NCBI GenBank assembly: GCA_030390025.1
Contig: CM059433.1
Span: 15,502,001-15,566,000, forward strand
Direction: 5' to 3'
Length of the DNA: 64,000 nucleotides
Origin: Squalus acanthias
Taxonomy: Eukaryota
The notes beneath the pieces are model-generated. The model was given only the letters and a program-made list of their open reading frames with translations, was not told the origin of the DNA and made no database searches. Shown here in pieces: positions 62,483-64,000 of this stretch. The stretch's first letter is position 1. Each line of letters opens with the position of its first letter. The translations under genes were made by a program, and so were the position numbers.

Positions 62483-64000
62483 TTTCCTCCAAACTAATAT
62501 TGGGAAGACTGAAGCCATTGGCCCAAAAATTAGTGCCGCTACGCGAGAGTACGCACTGTGTACTCTCGCGTATTCTGTCTCCAATTGCCGGTTTTCTGCA
62601 TGCACTGCGCATGCGCTGAAAACCGGCACTTGGTGAATGGAAAAGGGGGTGGGTCCTAGCTGAACCGCGTGCCCACTACAGGCTGCGCGCACGCAGTGCA
62701 CTTAGTGGTTTCAACGCGCAGGTAAGTACGGAAGATTCTACACATAACAAAAGGAGGAGTAAGACCCACTTTTAACAAGGTAAGTAGTGAATTAAGTATT
62801 ATTTTGAATTTTTTTTAACAGGTATATCTTTTTTAGAGACTTTAAAGACAGGTAAGTTTATTTTTATAACTTTTTAAAAGATTTTAAATTTTTTCAAAAA
62901 TTTAATTTTTTATTTAAAATGGTTAATTTATTTAACTATACTTATTTTATTAATGTGATGATTTTTTTTTTTAATTTAATTGAGGTTTAGTGGTTCTTTT
63001 GGGGGGCTATAGTATTCATAGCTTTCACAGCACTTATGTGAAAGTTATGAATGGAAGATGGTGTGCTGCCATTGGCTCTAACTGAGTCACGTGATCCCAC
63101 AGCTCGCACAAATTAACTACGCCGGTGGGATACGCAAGCCCAGCACAGCAGCTGTCCAGAACATCAAGTTCGTGCGAGCTGGAACTGAAAAAGCCAACGC
63201 GCAGTGAGAGATCGCGGGGAGGCCTTACCCTCGCACGAAGGCTTCCTCACGAATTTTTGGGCCATTGTCTTTGCCCGCCACAAACTCCGTTCCCTAGCCA
63301 ATGACTCCATTCCTCTCCCTGGTCACTGTCTGAGGCTAAACCAGACAGTTCACAACCTCGGCATCCTCTTTGACCCTCGGCTTCCGACCCCATATCTTCT
63401 CCATCAGCAAGACCGCCTATTTCGACCTCCATAACATCGCCCGTCTCTGCCCCTGCCTCAGCTCATCTGCTGCTGAAACCCTCATCCATGCCTTTGTTAC
63501 CTCCAGACTCAACTAACCTCCTGGTCGGCCTCCCAACTTGCGCCCTCCATAAAGTTGAGCTCATCCAAAAACTTTGCTGCCTCTATCCTAACTCACATTC
63601 ATCCATCACTCGCTGATCTACATTGGCTCACGGTCTGGCAACACCTCAATTTTAAAGTTCTCATCCTTGTGGTCAAATCTAGTCAAGGCATCGCCCTTCC
63701 AGATCTCTGAAACCTCCTCCAGCCGTACAACCCTCCGAGATATCTGCGCTCCTCCAATTCTGGCTTCTTGCAGTTCCTTGATTTTAATCGCTCCACCATT
63801 GGCGGCCCTGCCTTCGGCTGCCGAGGCCCTAAGCTCTGGAATTCCCTACCTAAACCTCTTTTTTCTTTTCTTTTAAACCTCTCTACCTCTCTTTCCTCCT
63901 CTAAGTCACTTCTTAAAACCTACCTCTTTGGCAAAGCTTTTGTTCACGTGTCCCGATATCTCTTTACGTGGCTCGGTGTCAGATTGTGTTTGATAACACT
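62483..64000 (+). mobile_element. L2 3' fragment interrupted by a MITE
   Basis: Matches 8225-8980 (aatattgggaagactgaagccattg|tcttt...caaactccgttccctagcca). Confidence 0.85.
62520..63263. mobile_element. Harbinger-type MITE, 744 bp, ATT TSD
   Basis: att|ggcccaaaaatta ... gaatttttgggcc|att; the empty site is reconstructed by the L2 copy at 8251-8265. Confidence 0.9.

Noticed and set aside
402..63876. Remaining short six-frame ORFs as genes
   Set aside because: They are alternative or antisense frames of repeats, or chance ORFs without recognisable domains or exon structure.

Overview
Vertebrate genomic DNA, most likely cartilaginous fish. This is inferred from the repeat landscape (Deu-domain SINEs, dense CR1/L2, Penelope-like elements) and the TMEM18 protein; it is not proven. 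One host gene is supported: four internal/terminal coding exons of TMEM18 on the + strand (15135-24008). The first coding exon was not found and is probably upstream of the window. Most of the rest is nested transposons. These include a TSD-bounded inverted Penelope-like (RT+GIY-YIG) insertion with minimal hammerhead ribozymes, a second PLE tail with tandem hammerheads, a near-complete CsRn1-like Gypsy LTR element inside an old Tigger/pogo remnant, and a 1.6-kb solo LTR. There is also a full-length but dead Harbinger transposon (transposase + Myb/SANT gene, AAT TSD), further Harbinger remnants, and many CR1/L2/SINE fragments. The most unusual signal is a set of ~730-760 bp Harbinger-type MITEs with mostly AWT-type TSDs. 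Their internal stem-loops are conserved in position and shape while the sequence covaries. No prokaryotic-type systems are present. All coordinates were read by eye.
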